DNA of 64,000 bases. Source: Bryobacteraceae bacterium (GTDB lineage Bacteria > Acidobacteriota > Terriglobia > Bryobacterales > Bryobacteraceae). Made by a program: the position numbers and the translations under genes. The first letter of the stretch is position 1; every line of letters begins with the position of its first letter. Below the pieces are notes generated by a model that saw only the letters and a program-made list of their open reading frames with translations, did no database searches and had not been told where the DNA came from. The DNA is taken from positions 14,786 to 78,785 of the forward strand of contig JBDSXJ010000016.1 of assembly GCA_039926185.1 (NCBI GenBank), written 5' to 3'. Positions 9,078-18,930 of the stretch are shown piece after piece.

Positions 9078-9401
9078 CTATTGTATCGCCGCGGAAGGCG
9101 GTTCCATATCGGGTATACCGCTTAGTGGGAGCTTGGCTTCCGGCACAACCCACTGCGCTTCCTCAAACCCGACAAACTTCAAAATGCGCAGAGCGCCGTC
9201 CAACTCGAGCATGTCCCCTACTTCGAGCGCGTCCGGGCGATCGCGCATGGCGAAGAACGCAGCATAGGGAGACGCAGCGTCCACCGTGCCCGCCGCTTCG
9301 TAATCCCGAGGCTTCACATTCGTAACGCCACTGACATGCGGCGCGAAACGGAACTGCTGGCGCAGGTGATTCCTCAATCTGTGGATCTGGTACGTAGCCA
9401 T
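9078..9401 (-). CDS. Hypothetical protein (107 aa, no recognisable domain)
   Basis: ORF with GC3-rich codons, packed between the patatin gene (30-nt gap to ATG 9401; 6 nt if the ORF starts at 9425) and the 2H gene (8-nt gap). Starts MATYQIHRLRNHLRQQFRFAPH. Confidence 0.55.
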   Translation of the reverse strand: MATYQIHRLRNHLRQQFRFAPHVSGVTNVKPRDYEAAGTVDAASPYAAFFAMRDRPDALEVGDMLELDGALRILKFVGFEEAQWVVPEAKLPLSGIPDMEPPSAAIQ

Positions 9402-9431
9402 AACGCTCCGCCCATTATGCCTCAAAACATT

Positions 9432-10124
9432 TCATAAGGGAAATGGTTTTTGGACGTCGCTGGCTCCCAGCTGTAACCAGCGCTCGATGTCCGCCTGTGT
9501 TCCCCACAAGGATTGCTGTAGGCTACCTAGTTTTTTGCTGGGTTCCCAAACCTGGAGATCGACTCCCGTGGGAAGCTCGCGCGCATACCCGAAGATCCGC
9601 CGGAATGCCCCCACGAACGGTTGCAATAGAGGGGACGGGAATTTTCCCAACACATTCAGGGCCTGGATCTCGGTAGCCCCCAGATCGGTCGCCGCCCAAA
9701 CCGGCAGTGGGTTCAAGAGTCCGCCATCTGTAGACCATCGGCCATTCAGCTTCACTTGCGGCATCACCGGAGGAACGGCGCAGGAGGCCGCCAGATGCTT
9801 CCAGGTGATCTCAGCGTCCCGATACGTCCGTGGCTTCATCGTTAGAACATCGGTGACGGTCAGTGCAAATGGACGTTGCAGCGAGTAACGGCTGGTCAGC
9901 CGCTGCAACAAGCCGTGGAGGTCATCCAACCTGCGGAACTCCGGGTCGCACCACATGCCTACGAGGTCCTCGGGCGCAACACCGCACGCCAGCAAGTACC
10001 CGTTGACGGACCCGATCGAAGCTCCAACGATCAGGTCAGGAACAAACGTGCGGGCCAGTATGCTCCAAGCCCCGGCCTGCCAGGCGCCGAACAATCCGCC
10101 TCCTGATAAGACCAGGGCCTTCAT
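9432..10124 (-). CDS. Patatin-like phospholipase (short, 230 aa)
   Basis: Oxyanion motif SGGGLFGAWQAG, nucleophile elbow GASIGS (GxSxG), and catalytic Asp in TDGG. Confidence 0.85.
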   Translation of the reverse strand: MKALVLSGGGLFGAWQAGAWSILARTFVPDLIVGASIGSVNGYLLACGVAPEDLVGMWCDPEFRRLDDLHGLLQRLTSRYSLQRPFALTVTDVLTMKPRTYRDAEITWKHLAASCAVPPVMPQVKLNGRWSTDGGLLNPLPVWAATDLGATEIQALNVLGKFPSPLLQPFVGAFRRIFGYARELPTGVDLQVWEPSKKLGSLQQSLWGTQADIERWLQLGASDVQKPFPL

Positions 10125-10149
10125 GCGTAGGCGCGTTCGAAGGGTTGAA

Positions 10150-13100
10150 CTAGAACGTGAAGCGCGCGTTCACCTGGGCCCGGCGGGCATTGGTTCCGTC
10201 GGGGAAACCCTGCGATGCCGACCCGGCTCCCAGTCCCGCCGTCGGAGTAAAGACTCCGCTCGCAAGACTGTAGGCTTGCCCGTTCACCGCTGTATTGGAA
10301 ATCCGGTTGAACACGTTGAACACCTCGAAGCCCAGTTGCAGCTGCTTCGATTCCGTCATGGGAATGATCTTTACCAGCCGCGCATCCATCCGCTTGATCT
10401 GATCGATATCGAGATTCGCCGCCGGCAGGAAAGGAACGCGGCTCGATCCGCCGAATCCGTTGACCGAACCCGTGAAGGCAGCACCCGTGAACGCCGAACC
10501 GGATACGTTGACCGTCGTAGTCTGCGGTTGCGTCGAGGCCAAGGTGATAATTTCCGAAAGCTGCCAGTTGTTGAGGACGTACTTCTTCCAGCCCTCATTC
10601 CAGCGCGCCAGGTCCAAGCTATGCACGCCGTTAATCACCAACCGATGCCGTTGATCGAGAGTTGACGTCGATTTGTCGAGCTTGTAATTCCCGTTATACA
10701 GGCTGCGGAAGGAGTCGAAGGTAAGGTTGTCGCTGCCGCCGCCCTGGTTGTAATCCAGCGCATGCGACCACGTGTAGGACGCCTGAACCTGAGCGAACTT
10801 CATGCGCTTGCGGAACTGCACCACCATCGCGTTGTAGAAGCTGTGACCGCCATTTTCCACCTGCCCGATGCGACGCCACCGCGGATCTACACGGTTCGCC
10901 AGGCGATAGGTCGGCGTCGTGTAACTGCCCACCTGCGCCCCGGAGCTGTCGTTGATGCGATAGGTCACATCCGGCCCCAGAGCTCCGACATTCAAATCCC
11001 GCACCGTCCACAACTGCACACCGTGGCTCCAAACATATCCCACCGACAAGCTCGAATCGGCGCTAAGCTGGCGTTCCAACGTAACGTCGCCCTGCTGCGT
11101 ATAGGGATTGCGGAAATCCTTGGAGGCGAACGCGAAGTCGATCGTCCCCGCCGGCGGATTGCGATCGATGTTCGCCAGCTTGGTGGGAAACAGCGGCCCC
11201 AACGCCAGGTCGGCGGCCACCGCCGAGTTGAGCGTGATGTTCTTTTGATACACACCGTTGTTGAATTGGAAGGTGTTGATCATCGAACCGGGAGTTCGCG
11301 CATAGAACATTCCGTAGCCTGCTCGGATCACAGTCTTGTTGTCCTTGAACGCATAGGCGAGCCCCGCGCGTGGCGCCCAATTTTTTCCCGGTTGCCGAAT
11401 CGTGGTGGTCTCTTTCAGATAGTCCGGATTTCCCAGAGTCGGTTGCGTGAACTGCGAATATTCGTAGCGTACGCCGTAGTTAAACGTCAGTCCCCGCGTA
11501 ATGCGGAACTGGTCTTGCGCGTAGAAGCTGTAGTCGCGCGTCGTGATGTTGACCTGCTCATTGCCGAAGCGCTGCGAAAACGTCGTCCAGCATTTACCCG
11601 TGGTGTTCCCGGTAGCCGCATTCGTCGTGAAGCAAGGCTGCCCCGTGGGACCCGTCAAATCCCGCGCAAAATCCGACCAGGTCGGATAGACGAACGTGCC
11701 GTTGCGATTTTGCAACCGCTTGCTGACGTCATTGTTATTCATGAAGTCGCCGCCGAATTTGAAGGTGTGCTTACCCGTGGTCCACGTAAGATTGTCCGCG
11801 ATCTGGTGGCGATTTTCCGTAGGATTGAGGCGCGGATAGTTGTCGGCCATGCCCAGATTGGTTTGCCCTTGGACGGTCAGGGAAAGAAGTCCCGTTTCCG
11901 CCGGCACCAACGCCGGGTTCGGCTGATCGAACAAACGATCTTTGAACCAGCCATAGCGAACTTCATTCACCACCGTGGGACTGCCGACAAAAGTCCATGA
12001 CGCGCGCGCATAGCGGGTGCGCACGGTGGAGTCCGCATTGCCGCCAACCCCCCCGCCCGTGTTGATCACGGCCTGCGATTGAAGCCCGTTGGGCGACATC
12101 CAATCCAGGTAATTCATGCTCAAGCTGACGCTGTTCCGGTCCGTGGGACGCCAGTCGATCTTTCCGAAACCCAGGTTCTGATCGGCCGTCCGGGGCAGCA
12201 CTTGAAACTGCCGCTTCGTGAATGCCAGAGCCGCCGCGCATTGCGCCGCAGTCGCATTGCATGTGCCGATGAACGCGCCGGTCGAACTGAACAAGGGCGG
12301 CCGCGTGATGCTGGCAACCAGAGGGAACCGGCGCCGCGACACTTCCGTGTTGAAGAAATAGAACAGCTTGTCTTTCTTGATCGCTCCGCCGATCGAACCA
12401 CCGGCCTGATGGCGTACCTCAGGAGCGTTGAATCCGTTCGCATAGCGGTCGGTCGCATTCAGCGTACGGTTCCGGAAGAACCAATAGGCCGTCCCGTGGA
12501 CCGCATTGGTTCCCGATCGGGTTACCGTGTTTACGACACCGCCCGACGCCCGTCCGAATTCAGCCGAGTAGCCATTGGACGCAACTTCAAATTCCTGCAC
12601 CGCATCTTGCGAAATCGCCGATGCAATGCGCGTGCGGCCACCATTTTCGTTGTAGAAAGTGTTCGTCGTGTCGTTGCCGTCCGTCAGGAACGAATTACCG
12701 CCCGCCGTTCCGCGAAAACTGATCAACCCGAATGCCCCATCCGCAACCACTGCCGGCGTCAGCAGCACGAAGCTGTCCACGCGCCGACCGTTGATCGGCA
12801 AATTCAAAATCTGACTGGAATTGACAACGCTCGAATTGCCGGTGCGCGTCGTTTCAATCAAGGGAGCGCTATCCGTGACGTCGATCGTGGTTGCGTCCGT
12901 GGCCACGACCAGCGTCAGGTTCAGGCTCACGTTCTGACCGACTTCCACCCCGAACTCTCCGCTATCGAATTTCCGGAACCCGACTTTCTCCACGACCACT
13001 CTGTAGCCGACCGCAGGGGGCAGCGCGGGAGCGTTGAAAACGCCGGAGTCATTCGTCGTCAGGGCGCGCTTGATCCCCTTCGGTTCATTCGAAACCGTAA

Positions 13101-13245
13101 CGGATGCATCGCTGATGACGGCGCCGGAAACGTCACGCACAACGCCCGATACACCTCCCATTCCGGCCACAGCCTGCGCGAATGCGCCCGTGGGCATCAA
13201 AACGAGAAAGGAAAGAATGAGCGAAAAGCGTTTATTCATTTGCAT
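10150..13245 (-). CDS. TonB-dependent receptor with N-terminal carboxypeptidase-regulatory-like domain
   Basis: About 1030 aa with signal peptide MQMNKRFSLILSFLVLMPTGAFAQA and GGAG 8-9 nt upstream of ATG 13245. CarbopepD_reg-like N-terminus (GVVRDVSGAVISDASVTVSN), then plug and barrel, ending in a terminal aromatic (RFTF). Confidence 0.85.
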   Translation of the reverse strand: MQMNKRFSLILSFLVLMPTGAFAQAVAGMGGVSGVVRDVSGAVISDASVTVSNEPKGIKRALTTNDSGVFNAPALPPAVGYRVVVEKVGFRKFDSGEFGVEVGQNVSLNLTLVVATDATTIDVTDSAPLIETTRTGNSSVVNSSQILNLPINGRRVDSFVLLTPAVVADGAFGLISFRGTAGGNSFLTDGNDTTNTFYNENGGRTRIASAISQDAVQEFEVASNGYSAEFGRASGGVVNTVTRSGTNAVHGTAYWFFRNRTLNATDRYANGFNAPEVRHQAGGSIGGAIKKDKLFYFFNTEVSRRRFPLVASITRPPLFSSTGAFIGTCNATAAQCAAALAFTKRQFQVLPRTADQNLGFGKIDWRPTDRNSVSLSMNYLDWMSPNGLQSQAVINTGGGVGGNADSTVRTRYARASWTFVGSPTVVNEVRYGWFKDRLFDQPNPALVPAETGLLSLTVQGQTNLGMADNYPRLNPTENRHQIADNLTWTTGKHTFKFGGDFMNNNDVSKRLQNRNGTFVYPTWSDFARDLTGPTGQPCFTTNAATGNTTGKCWTTFSQRFGNEQVNITTRDYSFYAQDQFRITRGLTFNYGVRYEYSQFTQPTLGNPDYLKETTTIRQPGKNWAPRAGLAYAFKDNKTVIRAGYGMFYARTPGSMINTFQFNNGVYQKNITLNSAVAADLALGPLFPTKLANIDRNPPAGTIDFAFASKDFRNPYTQQGDVTLERQLSADSSLSVGYVWSHGVQLWTVRDLNVGALGPDVTYRINDSSGAQVGSYTTPTYRLANRVDPRWRRIGQVENGGHSFYNAMVVQFRKRMKFAQVQASYTWSHALDYNQGGGSDNLTFDSFRSLYNGNYKLDKSTSTLDQRHRLVINGVHSLDLARWNEGWKKYVLNNWQLSEIITLASTQPQTTTVNVSGSAFTGAAFTGSVNGFGGSSRVPFLPAANLDIDQIKRMDARLVKIIPMTESKQLQLGFEVFNVFNRISNTAVNGQAYSLASGVFTPTAGLGAGSASQGFPDGTNARRAQVNARFTF

Positions 13246-13387
13246 GGGAAACTCCAAGACTGACAACGAGCTAGAAATCCAGCGCACAAACAGGGAGGCG
13301 GACGTTGGTTTCATTTAGGATACCCGGTTTTCCGGACTGTCGTGTTGACCCCATCCTCCCGAAAGCGGAATACTGGCTATAGACCTG

Positions 13388-14599
13388 ATGAAAATCGTCG
13401 TCTCTTTAGCCCTGCTGCTCGCTCTCTCCCTGGGAGTGTGGCAACTCATGGAATGGCGCAACCTGCCCCCCGAGGTCGCCTTCACCAAAGCCACCCGCGA
13501 GACAATCTCAAGTTCGGTTTCCACCAACGGCAAAGTCGATCCCTCCGAATCCGCCCAGGCCCGGGCCGAAGCCGCCGGCAGCGTCGATCGCATCCTGGTT
13601 AAACTCCGTCAGAATGTGAACGCGGGAGATCCACTCGTCGAACTCAACACCGGCCAACTGCGTCAGGATCTCGAAGCCGCCGAAGCCCGCATCGCGAGCG
13701 TGAAGTCCGAACTTGCCGTCATCGACGCCGGTGGTCGCCAGCCCGACAAAGTAGCCCTGCAGACGCAAATCGATCCGCTAACCGTGGAGCTCAAAGCCGC
13801 GCAGGAAGAATACGACAAAGAAGTCCGCCTGGAATCAAGGGGCGGCACCACGCGGGAGCAAGTCACCATCCGCAAGAACCGAGTCGACGCCTTGCAGGCG
13901 CAAATCCAAGGCCTCCGCCAACGCCTGACCAGTCTGGTCGCGCCCACGGACCGCGGCCCCAAAGAAGCGCAGCTCCGCGGTGAGGAAGCGGCGAAGCAAC
14001 AAATTCAACTTCGCATCAACCAAAGCGTCATCCGAGCCCCCATCGCCGGGACCATCTACCAGTTCGATCTCAAACCCGGAGCCTATCTAAACCCCGGCGA
14101 TGTCGTGGCGACAATCGGTCGCTTGAGTCAAGTCCACGTCATCGTCTATATAGACGAACCCGACCTGGGCCGAGTCCGCCCCGGCCTCCCCGTAACCATC
14201 ACCTGGGACGCCATGCCCGGCCGCGAATGGACCGGAACGGTGGACCGCCTCCCCGCCTCGATTCATCCGCTGGACTCGCGCCAGGTAGGCGACGTGACCT
14301 GCGTCATCAACAACCCCGACCTCGACCTGCTCCCGGGCACCAACATTACCGCCCGCATCAAAGCCGAGACCGCAGAGAACACCATCACGATCCCCAAGGA
14401 AGCCGTCTTCCGCGAAAACGGCAAAACCGGCGTCTACGTTCTGGCAGGCGACAAACTCGAATGGCGCAATGTCACGCAAGGAGTGAACAACGTGACCCGC
14501 ACCGAAGTGAAGGAACTGAAAGAAGGCGACGCCATCGCGCTTCCCTCTGAGCGAACCTTAGCGGTTGGCCTCCAGGTGCGCCCCACCTTCCCACAATAA
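13388..14599 (+). CDS. HlyD/RND-type periplasmic adaptor (membrane fusion) protein
   Basis: 403 aa with an N-terminal TM, a long coiled-coil (AEARIASVKSEL...LQAQIQGLRQRL), then beta-barrel motifs (VIRAPIAGTIY). Confidence 0.8.
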   Translation: MKIVVSLALLLALSLGVWQLMEWRNLPPEVAFTKATRETISSSVSTNGKVDPSESAQARAEAAGSVDRILVKLRQNVNAGDPLVELNTGQLRQDLEAAEARIASVKSELAVIDAGGRQPDKVALQTQIDPLTVELKAAQEEYDKEVRLESRGGTTREQVTIRKNRVDALQAQIQGLRQRLTSLVAPTDRGPKEAQLRGEEAAKQQIQLRINQSVIRAPIAGTIYQFDLKPGAYLNPGDVVATIGRLSQVHVIVYIDEPDLGRVRPGLPVTITWDAMPGREWTGTVDRLPASIHPLDSRQVGDVTCVINNPDLDLLPGTNITARIKAETAENTITIPKEAVFRENGKTGVYVLAGDKLEWRNVTQGVNNVTRTEVKELKEGDAIALPSERTLAVGLQVRPTFPQ

Positions 14600-14616
14600 G
14601 CCACCGTCTGCTTTTT

Positions 14617-15492
14617 CTACTTCGTGAGCAAGGTCCGAACAGCCTGCAGCTCCGCCGCTCGTTCCGCCGTCGTCTCCGGATACGACATCTTCAGAGCCTG
14701 CATGGCCTCGACCACGATCTCGGAAATCACCAGTTGCGTATTCCGCTTGTCGTCCGCTGGCACCACATACCACGGAGCCGTCTTGGTGCTCGTCGCCGAC
14801 AAGCAGTCCTCATACGCTCGCATGTAGTCATCCCAATACTTACGCTCCCCCATGTCGGCCGTGCCGAACTTCCAGTTCTTCGCCGGATCGTCGATGCGCT
14901 TAAGAAACCGCTTCCGCTGTTCGTCCTTGGACAAGTGCAGAAAGAACTTCAAGATCCTTGTGCCATTGCGATGCAGATGATCTTCCAGACCAGCTATGGA
15001 AGCGTAACGGTCCTTCCAGATCTTCTTCACATCCATCGATTCCTGCGGCAAATTCTCGCCCTGCAGAATCTCCGGATGCACGCGGACAATCAGAACTTCT
15101 TCGTAGTACGACCGGTTGAAAATCCCGATCCTTCCCCGCTCCGGGAGCTTGCGCGTGGCGTTCCACAGGAAGTCGTGGTCTAGTTCTTCCTCGCTCGGGT
15201 GCTTGAAGCTATACACCTGGCATCCCTGCGGATTGATGCCTGACATCACGTTCTTAATCGCGCTGTCTTTGCCCGCCGCATCCATCGCCTGAAAGATCAG
15301 CAGGATCGCATGTTGGTTCGAAGCGTAAAGCAGATTCTGCAGCTCTCGGAGCTTCACAACCTGCTCAGCCATGCGCCGCGAACAATCATCTTTCGACTTA
15401 TACAGCGGCGCTACATTCGTCGCCCACTTGGCGAGATCGACCCGCTTGCCCGGCCGAACCCGAAACTCCTCAGTGGCGATTTTAGGCATCAC
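14617..15492 (-). CDS. ppk2: Polyphosphate kinase 2 family protein
   Basis: 291 aa. Walker-A-like [13 protein letters not shown] and overall PPK2 layout ([19 protein letters not shown]). Confidence 0.85.
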   Translation of the reverse strand: MMPKIATEEFRVRPGKRVDLAKWATNVAPLYKSKDDCSRRMAEQVVKLRELQNLLYASNQHAILLIFQAMDAAGKDSAIKNVMSGINPQGCQVYSFKHPSEEELDHDFLWNATRKLPERGRIGIFNRSYYEEVLIVRVHPEILQGENLPQESMDVKKIWKDRYASIAGLEDHLHRNGTRILKFFLHLSKDEQRKRFLKRIDDPAKNWKFGTADMGERKYWDDYMRAYEDCLSATSTKTAPWYVVPADDKRNTQLVISEIVVEAMQALKMSYPETTAERAAELQAVRTLLTK

Positions 15493-16493
15493 TTAATGCC
15501 CATTTTCTTGGTCCACGGCACCGCGCCCGACAACGCCGCGTTCACCGCGTTGATGTTCTTGACGCCTTCCGTCGACAGCCAGTCTTCCAGCGCCTTGATG
15601 CCCTTGGTCCCGTAGATCGGCATGCCGTCTTTCCACGTTGCGCGACCACACAGCACGCCCGAATAGTCGGTGCCCGCTTCGGTTGCCATGTTCAGGCTCT
15701 CCACGAACTGAGCATTGCCCACGCCAGCCGACAAATAGATGAATGGCTTGGTCGCGACTTCCGCGGCATCGCGGAAATGTTTCAGAGCTTCTGCCTTGGT
15801 GTACGCTTTCTCACCCTTGTAAACCGCGCTGCCCTCGACGTAATGCGCATTGATCGGCACTTCCACCTTCAACACGTCCACGTTGTACTGCGGCTTGCTG
15901 AATTCCTTCATGGACCCGATCACCGCTCCCGGCTTGATCTTCGCGTACTCCAGACCCTTCTCATCCCCGCCCTTCGGATCGTACACCACGAACTCCAGGA
16001 AGAACGGAATTTCGAGATACTCGCACTCCGCGCCGATGCGTTCGATAAACGCGTGCTTGATGTCGTTCACGCCTGCATCGTCAAACGGCGAGTAGTAGAT
16101 CAAAATCTTGACAGCGTCCGCGCCCCAGTCCTGAATCCGCTTCGCCGAAACATGCGGCAACAGATCCGGCAAGCGACCCGGCTTCGTGTTGTCGTAACCG
16201 CTCTCTTCATAAGCGAGCAACAAACCCGCGTTCGACGAACGAGCCTTGGCCGCATCCAGACCCCACTCCGGGTCGAGCAAAATCGCCGAAGCATGCGGCG
16301 TCAAAATCCGCGTCACCGCCGTCTTGAACTCCGACATCATCGCATCGGTGATCTCGTTTGGATCCACGCCCTTCGCCGATGCAATCGACTTCTTGAGCGA
16401 ACCGCGCTGGTCCATGGCGGCAGCCGCAATGATCCCGTCTTTGTTCGAGAGCGCCTTAAGGTGCTTCAGTTTGCCAGCAGATAAAGTAGCCAT
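15489..16493 (-). CDS. Class I aldolase, tagatose-1,6-bisphosphate aldolase (LacD)-like
   Basis: 334 aa. N-terminus [23 protein letters not shown] is typical of the LacD family as I recall it. 4-nt overlap with ppk2. Confidence 0.65.
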   Translation of the reverse strand: MATLSAGKLKHLKALSNKDGIIAAAAMDQRGSLKKSIASAKGVDPNEITDAMMSEFKTAVTRILTPHASAILLDPEWGLDAAKARSSNAGLLLAYEESGYDNTKPGRLPDLLPHVSAKRIQDWGADAVKILIYYSPFDDAGVNDIKHAFIERIGAECEYLEIPFFLEFVVYDPKGGDEKGLEYAKIKPGAVIGSMKEFSKPQYNVDVLKVEVPINAHYVEGSAVYKGEKAYTKAEALKHFRDAAEVATKPFIYLSAGVGNAQFVESLNMATEAGTDYSGVLCGRATWKDGMPIYGTKGIKALEDWLSTEGVKNINAVNAALSGAVPWTKKMGIK

Positions 16494-16503
16494 GTTTTGT
16501 TGT

Positions 16504-17388
16504 TTACCAGTTTAATCGTCGGAAGTAAGTCTTCGCTATAGCAACATCGCGCAGGATCCGCGCCCTCAGCGCCTCCGGCGACTCAAATTTCTTCTCGTCC
16601 CGCACGTGCCGCAGGAAATCCACCCGAATCCGCTCCGGAGCCGAGCCCGTTAGAGTATCCAACAAAAACGTCTCGATCGACAGCCCACCCGCATTCTCAA
16701 AGGTCGGCCGCGTCCCCACATTCGTGATCGAATTCCAACCCGCCCCGGTCGCCAGATCCGTCGTGTGCGTAATGTAAACTCCGTTCGCAGGAATCACCTC
16801 TGCAGTCGTGCTCAGATTCAGCGTCGGAACGGTCTGCTTCGAACCGATCCCATGCCCCCGCACTACCTCGCCCGAGATCCCATACGGCCGCCCCAGCAAC
16901 CGGCCGGCCATCAATACATCCCCGCTCTGAATCCGCTTGCGAACTTCCGTCGACGAAACTACCACCCCGCGCAGCATCACCGGAGCCAACGGTCGCGTCT
17001 GAAACCCCAAGCGAGCCAGCGTCCCCACATCCCCCTTGCGCTGATATCCGAAGCGGAAATCCTCGCCCACCAGCACCGCTTTGGCCTGCAACTTCGACCG
17101 CAGCGTCCCCTCCGCAAAATCCTCCGCCGACATCTCCACCAGCGCCTGATCGAACGGCAATACGTGGACCTCATCCACCCCTTGCGCGAGCAGCAACTCC
17201 CGCCGCTCGTCAATCGAATACAGCAGCCGAGGCGCACGATCCGGAGCCACCACACACGCCGGATGCGGATGAAACGTCAGCACTGCCGACCGCAGCCCCA
17301 GTTCGCGAGCCGTCTCTTTCGTCCTGCGCAACAAGGCCTGATGCCCGACGTGGACTCCATCAAACACCCCGATGGCGACCGCTGTCAT
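16504..17388 (-). CDS. ribF: Bifunctional riboflavin kinase / FMN adenylyltransferase
   Basis: GVFDGVHVGHQ nucleotidyltransferase motif, plus a C-terminal riboflavin kinase region (GIGSKQTVPTLNL, RPTFE). Confidence 0.88.
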   Translation of the reverse strand: MTAVAIGVFDGVHVGHQALLRRTKETARELGLRSAVLTFHPHPACVVAPDRAPRLLYSIDERRELLLAQGVDEVHVLPFDQALVEMSAEDFAEGTLRSKLQAKAVLVGEDFRFGYQRKGDVGTLARLGFQTRPLAPVMLRGVVVSSTEVRKRIQSGDVLMAGRLLGRPYGISGEVVRGHGIGSKQTVPTLNLSTTAEVIPANGVYITHTTDLATGAGWNSITNVGTRPTFENAGGLSIETFLLDTLTGSAPERIRVDFLRHVRDEKKFESPEALRARILRDVAIAKTYFRRLNW

Positions 17389-18149
17389 TCCGCCACCTCA
17401 ATTTCCAGCCCGTCATACGCCAGCCAAATGTGCGGCGGCAACTCCGCCTCCGTCGCCGCGTGCCCCAAGTCGTGACACATATGCGTGAAGAACGCCCGCC
17501 GAGGCTGCAACTCTTCGACAAGCGCTACCGCCTGATCCAGCGTAGTGTGCGTAGGATGCTCCCGTCGCCGCAGCGCGTCGAGAAACAAAACATCCAGTCC
17601 CTGCAACAGCTCCTTCGACGCATCCGGAATCACGCTGTGGTCCGTCAAATACGCGGCCCGCCCGAACCGAAACCCGTACACAGTCCCCTTGCCATGCTCC
17701 AACCGAATCGGCGTAAACTCCTGCCCAAACACCTCAAAGGGCGACCCATCGATCGTGTTTAAATCCAACCGAGGCCGCGACGACTCGCCTTCCTCAAACG
17801 CATACGAGAACACCCGCCGAATAATCGCGAACGTCGCCTCTGTCGCATACAACGGAATCGTGGCCTTCTGAAAGAAGTTAAACGGCCGCACATCATCCAG
17901 CCCCAGAATATGGTCCGCATGCGCGTGCGTATAAAGGACCGCATCCAGCCGACCAATTCCGGCCCGCAACGCCTGCGCCCGAAAATCCGGCGTGGTGTCG
18001 ATCACCACATTCTTACCCGAGTACTGCAACAGCACCGAAGGCCGCAGCCGCTTGTCGCGCGGATCTGTCGAATGGCAAACTTCGCAGGGACAAGCCAGCG
18101 TCGGCACCCCTGAACTGGTCCCCGACCCCAGTACCGTGATCCGCGTCAA
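17385..18149 (-). CDS. MBL-fold metallo-hydrolase (PhnP-like)
   Basis: HAHADH motif, N-terminal LGSGTSSGVP and a Cys cluster CPCEVC. 4-nt overlap with ribF. Confidence 0.75.
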   Translation of the reverse strand: MTRITVLGSGTSSGVPTLACPCEVCHSTDPRDKRLRPSVLLQYSGKNVVIDTTPDFRAQALRAGIGRLDAVLYTHAHADHILGLDDVRPFNFFQKATIPLYATEATFAIIRRVFSYAFEEGESSRPRLDLNTIDGSPFEVFGQEFTPIRLEHGKGTVYGFRFGRAAYLTDHSVIPDASKELLQGLDVLFLDALRRREHPTHTTLDQAVALVEELQPRRAFFTHMCHDLGHAATEAELPPHIWLAYDGLEIEVAE

Positions 18150-18316
18150 AGCAAATCCACCAATCTTAAAATCGTAAGGTCGCAGTCGCGGAGAATTTTG
18201 TGCAGCAAGCCAGGACCCACCGTATGGTAGCTACCGCGAATGCGCACGACGGAAAATCCCACTTTCTGAAGTGCGCTCACCAGTTCCTTGCCGGTTGGTC
18301 GGGGATTTTGACTCAT
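18146..18316 (-). CDS. hicA: HicA-family toxin, apparently shortened (56 aa from ATG 18316)
   Basis: GKELVSALQKVGFSVVRIRGSYHTV then directly GPGLLHKILRDCDLT. The segment usually found between the GSH motif and the C-terminal helix seems to be missing. The stop overlaps the MBL start. Confidence 0.6.
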   Translation of the reverse strand: MSQNPRPTGKELVSALQKVGFSVVRIRGSYHTVGPGLLHKILRDCDLTILRLVDLL

Positions 18317-18334
18317 GCGCCGCTTATGCAATAC

Positions 18335-18550
18335 CTACGCGGCAATCGTCACCCGTTGAATCCCGATGAATTCAAGATCGGGCGCACGGTCCTCTTCCAC
18401 TTCCAGGCACAGGGTGATCGCCTCGCGGATTCGCTCCATAACTTCATCGAGCGAACGCGCTTGCGCGTGGCACCCGGCCAGTTGTGGCACGGAGGCCACA
18501 TAATAGCCTTCTTCGTCTCGCTCAATAATGACGTCGAACTGCCGCTGCAT
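18335..18550 (-). CDS. hicB: HicB-family antitoxin (UPF0150-type, no DNA-binding extension)
   Basis: MQRQFDVIIERDEEGYYVASVPQLAGCHAQARSLDEVMERIREAI is a classic HicB N-domain. Confidence 0.8.
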   Translation of the reverse strand: MQRQFDVIIERDEEGYYVASVPQLAGCHAQARSLDEVMERIREAITLCLEVEEDRAPDLEFIGIQRVTIAA

Positions 18551-18559
18551 ATTTGTATT

Positions 18560-18841
18560 CTACTCCGCCGGCTTCTCGCTCACCTGCACAAACCGAAATC
18601 GCAGTTCCGTGAGCGAGTTTTCAATCAGCCTTTGCTCTTCCAGCGAAAGATTGCCTTTCGTCTTCTCCGCAATCATCGCCAGCAAATCAATCGCATGCCG
18701 AGCCTGCGGCAAATCCGGCTTCGCGTCTTTGTCTTCTTCCCCGAAATGCACCAGTCCCAACCGCATCTCGGCCTGCATCTTCAGGGAGAACACTAAAAAA
18801 TCAAACGTGGGAGGAGGAATCGGAAATCCAGCGTCGCTCAT
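18560..18841 (-). CDS. DUF1844 domain-containing protein
   Basis: 93 aa. PPPTFDFLVFSLKMQAEMRLGL...AIDLLAMIAEKTKGNLSLEEQRLIENSLTELRFRFVQ matches my memory of DUF1844. Confidence 0.7.
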   Translation of the reverse strand: MSDAGFPIPPPTFDFLVFSLKMQAEMRLGLVHFGEEDKDAKPDLPQARHAIDLLAMIAEKTKGNLSLEEQRLIENSLTELRFRFVQVSEKPAE

Positions 18842-18930
18842 AGGGTTTGTTCCATTTTAGCGCGGCCATGCCCTTCCCCGGAACGTACTGCTAAAGTAAC
18901 TCTTTAGTTGATTCCTCGGAGGATATTCGA

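Noticed and set aside
13246-13387. Possible cobalamin or other riboswitch upstream of the TonB-dependent receptor.
   Set aside because: I saw no B12-box-like sequence and no extended conserved-looking structure. There is only a short CCGG-TTTT-CCGG hairpin.
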